Source: Christensenellaceae bacterium (GTDB lineage Bacteria; Bacillota; Clostridia; Christensenellales; Borkfalkiaceae). From it: a stretch of DNA of 64,000 bases. The stretch is taken from contig JAZNDO010000108.1 of assembly GCA_045588105.1 (NCBI GenBank), forward strand, positions 15,881 to 79,880, written 5' to 3'. Shown here one piece after another: positions 61,689-64,000 of the stretch (positions are counted from its first letter, which is position 1; the number at the start of each line of letters is the position of its first letter). A program made the position numbers and the translations under genes. Below the pieces are notes generated by a model, which made no database searches, was not told the origin of the DNA, and was given only the letters and a program-made list of their open reading frames with translations.

Positions 61689-63461
61689 TTACATAAGCAA
61701 TCTGCCCTGCTCGGTATTCACAACCTTGAATATATCTACCTGCGCTAAGGTGTTTGCATCTAAATAAACGTAATACGACTCGCCGTTATAATCGCCTATA
61801 AACTCGTATGCAAGCTTTTCGTTGCCGCCGCCCGTAGGAATTATTGCAACGGCAGAAGAGCGAATTTCCAAGTCCTTACTTACCTTTTCGTAAGCGTCGT
61901 TTAAGGTATATTTAGGCTCTTCAAGCGTTCTTTCGACGTGATTCATATAATACTCGTCAGCATCATAGCCGGAAACTATGCCCCTTTCTCTGCAAACCTT
62001 AACCTTTATAAGGTCGGGATATGCGATAATTCCGTCTTTATCGTAAGCAAAATTAAGATATGCCGTGCTACCCGTTGTATAGCTCCATACGCAAGCCATA
62101 TTGGTTATACCGAGCGAGGTTATAAACTCTTCTGCGATTGCCACGCTTTCTTCTTCGCCCACGTTTAATTCCGTGCAGTCACGATACGCGTTAAACATTA
62201 TAAGCTTACCGCCAACCTTTGAAATTTGTGCGTAAACCTCTCCGTTTTCCTCGGTTTCGGAAATAACGTTATAGCAATCTATACCGCTGTTTTCAACCAT
62301 TCCGGTAACCTCTGCCTTTTCTATTCCATACCTGCCGAAAACGTTTTTGTAAATCTCTATAGCCTCTAATTCGGAGATTTCCTCTCCAACCAAGCCCCTT
62401 GCTCTCTTTCCGCCAAGACCGTCTGAAAAGGCTCCGTCGTATATCATAGAAGGATATTCCATCGCATTGGACTCAATATCGTTAAACTGTGAAATTATAA
62501 TATCGTTTGCATCGTTTTTTGAAAGAGCTGAGAAATCGTAATTTTCGTTGATTGATGCGGCTAAATCAGATAAAACCTTTTTTAAATTGAGGTTTACCTT
62601 ATATAGCTCACGCATTAAATTTATCTCATCTTCGCTTAAAGAATATCCCTCTATAAGTCGATTATTAAGATATTTTGAATAATCTCCGACTTGATTTACG
62701 TATTTTGAGGTGAGATATTTCGACTCGTCCATTATAGGAAGCTCAGAAAGGGCCGCGTCTGCCAAATTGCTTTGCACCGCAAGGTCGGTCAACACCCTTT
62801 GTTGGCCCTTGCCGTCGGAGGCGACGAAAAATTTTGACATATTCGTTTCCATATTGTCAACGTAGCCGACGAAATCGTAAAACGCCCTTTGGCTGTTTAT
62901 GTTATTCGTATTAACCTTACCAAACTCCATATAGTCTGTAAAAACAGAAAGCGTTAAAAGCGCGCCTAAAACCAAGGTTACCGAGCCTAAGGATACGACT
63001 GCAGCTATCCAACCGCCTACGCCGCGGCTGCGCTTACTGTCACGTCTTCTTTCCTTTCTGTCCGCATTTTTTTGCTTATGCTCGTGCTTTTGCTCGGCTT
63101 TAACTCTTTTCATATACGCCTTTTCTTCTGCTTTCTGATGCTTTAACGCAGCCTTTTTTTCTGCCTTTAGCTTTTTAAGCCGTGACTTTTCGGCGTTTTT
63201 TTCTGCTTTTAGGGCAAGCTCGGCTTGTCTGTCGGTACAAGCTCTGTCCTTTTTGTTCTCTTTACTCTTTTGTGTATGCTTTTTAACCCTTTTGCTCCTT
63301 TTTGTCTGATACGGCTCACCCACAACCATAGCGGCGGGGTTTTGCACAGCATCGCCGCTCATCGGAATCGGCTCGTTTACCTGATTGGGTGTAATACCGC
63401 TATTTGCAATAGATTCAGCCTTTTCTAAGGCAGAATTACTTCTTTTTATTCCGTTATCCAT
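61689..63461 (-). CDS. ypeB: Germination protein YpeB-like (PepSY-type domains) with a long Lys-rich N-terminal extension.
   Basis: It is 10 nt downstream of sleB. A single TM helix (GGWIAAVVSLGSVTLVLGALLTLSVF) is followed by a region of about 410 aa with the YpeB-like layout. About 150 aa of N-terminal charged low complexity precedes the TM helix. Confidence 0.7.
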   Translation of the reverse strand: MDNGIKRSNSALEKAESIANSGITPNQVNEPIPMSGDAVQNPAAMVVGEPYQTKRSKRVKKHTQKSKENKKDRACTDRQAELALKAEKNAEKSRLKKLKAEKKAALKHQKAEEKAYMKRVKAEQKHEHKQKNADRKERRRDSKRSRGVGGWIAAVVSLGSVTLVLGALLTLSVFTDYMEFGKVNTNNINSQRAFYDFVGYVDNMETNMSKFFVASDGKGQQRVLTDLAVQSNLADAALSELPIMDESKYLTSKYVNQVGDYSKYLNNRLIEGYSLSEDEINLMRELYKVNLNLKKVLSDLAASINENYDFSALSKNDANDIIISQFNDIESNAMEYPSMIYDGAFSDGLGGKRARGLVGEEISELEAIEIYKNVFGRYGIEKAEVTGMVENSGIDCYNVISETEENGEVYAQISKVGGKLIMFNAYRDCTELNVGEEESVAIAEEFITSLGITNMACVWSYTTGSTAYLNFAYDKDGIIAYPDLIKVKVCRERGIVSGYDADEYYMNHVERTLEEPKYTLNDAYEKVSKDLEIRSSAVAIIPTGGGNEKLAYEFIGDYNGESYYVYLDANTLAQVDIFKVVNTEQGRLLM

Positions 63462-63471
63462 AATTTACCTC

Positions 63472-64000
63472 CTATATAGCAAAGACGTGCTTACCGATTG
63501 TAACGACAGTCTTTCTTGAAAAAATCCACTTACTCGTTGCTATTGCAGGATTGTAGTAATACAAGCTGCCGTAAGACGGGTCCCATCCGTTCATAGCATC
63601 CTTTGCAGCAGAATAAGACGTTGAATTCGGAGTCAGGTTTATTTGCCCATCGTTTACGCAAGTAAAGGCGTACGGTTGGTAAATTACTGCTGATATCGTA
63701 TTGGGGAAGGACGAGCTTCTGACTCTGTTCAACACTACCGCGCCGACTGCCACCTGTCCCGTATAGCTCTCGCCCCTTGCCTCAGCATGAATAAGCCGAG
63801 CAAGAAGAGCTACGTCAGAGCTTGTATATCCGTTTACCCCTGTCTGCGAAGAGCTTGATGATGACGAGATTGCTATTCCTAAAGCCTGAAAGGTTTTCGT
63901 TCCGACTATACCGTCGGCAACGAGTCCGTTTCTTTTTTGAAACAGAACCACGGCCTTTCTCGTTTGAGCGCCGAAAATACCGTCGACCGCTCCGCTGTAG
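63472..64000 (-). CDS. sleB: Spore cortex-lytic enzyme SleB (PG-binding domain plus Hydrolase_2). The 5' end is truncated by the window edge.
   Basis: [29 protein letters not shown]...YQPYAFTCV is the SleB catalytic domain. The frame stays open upstream of the track start (...[36 protein letters not shown], a PG_binding_1 repeat) to the window end. Confidence 0.85.
   Translation of the reverse strand, partial: YSGAVDGIFGAQTRKAVVLFQKRNGLVADGIVGTKTFQALGIAISSSSSSSQTGVNGYTSSDVALLARLIHAEARGESYTGQVAVGAVVLNRVRSSSFPNTISAVIYQPYAFTCVNDGQINLTPNSTSYSAAKDAMNGWDPSYGSLYYYNPAIATSKWIFSRKTVVTIGKHVFAI

Overview
This 64-kb chromosomal window comes from a moderate-GC, spore-forming Firmicute that looks Clostridia-like. 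The evidence for that placement is a sleB-ypeB pair and the secG-rnr-smpB...ssrA and pgk/tpiA/gpmI synteny known from Bacillus. Most genes lie on the minus strand.

Left third (1-15.8 kb), accessory glycan-type locus:
- Two tandem cassettes, each an AraC regulator followed by a giant secreted repeat protein (1701 aa and 2030 aa).
- The two giants share near-identical DNA blocks.
- Both are built from a ~125-aa module that I cannot assign to a known family.
- Downstream are a secreted PF13350-type phosphatase and the start of a sugar ABC permease.
- The second AraC copy is broken by an in-frame TAA and an A8 homopolymer frameshift.

AT-rich segment (14.4-18.1 kb):
- Two strongly RBS-driven acidic mini-ORFs that fall below the ORF-track cutoff.
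- A large serine recombinase whose reading frame has no stop until it has run through an intrinsic terminator and antisense across tRNA-Leu(CAA).

Remainder of the window:
- Housekeeping genes: polA, coaE, an rsuA-like gene, smpB, rnr, secG, gpmI, tpiA, hppA, pgk, a capD-like gene, fucU, ypeB and sleB.
- A mannoside-type catabolic operon: amidohydrolase, GH38, DUF4434-like, AGE epimerase.
- A trio of exported hydrolases: two paralogous lipoprotein metallophosphoesterases and an HEXXH peptidase, all with acidic Ser-rich tracts.
- tmRNA (ssrA), which I located by eye. It is separated from smpB by a self-promoted four-gene envelope module (FAD oxidoreductase, GT-C glycosyltransferase, GtrA, lipoprotein alkaline phosphatase).

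Non-coding points of interest:
- A dispersed, hairpin-rich repeat family at 53.46-53.68 kb and 60.73-61.05 kb. The second locus includes a 101-bp near-perfect direct repeat.
- A shared TTTGACCTA motif or palindrome upstream of three glycan operons.
- Copies of the ssrA 3' end downstream of ssrA.

I found no CRISPR array, no rRNA and no recognisable defence system. All functional calls rest on motif recognition by eye, and no database search was run.
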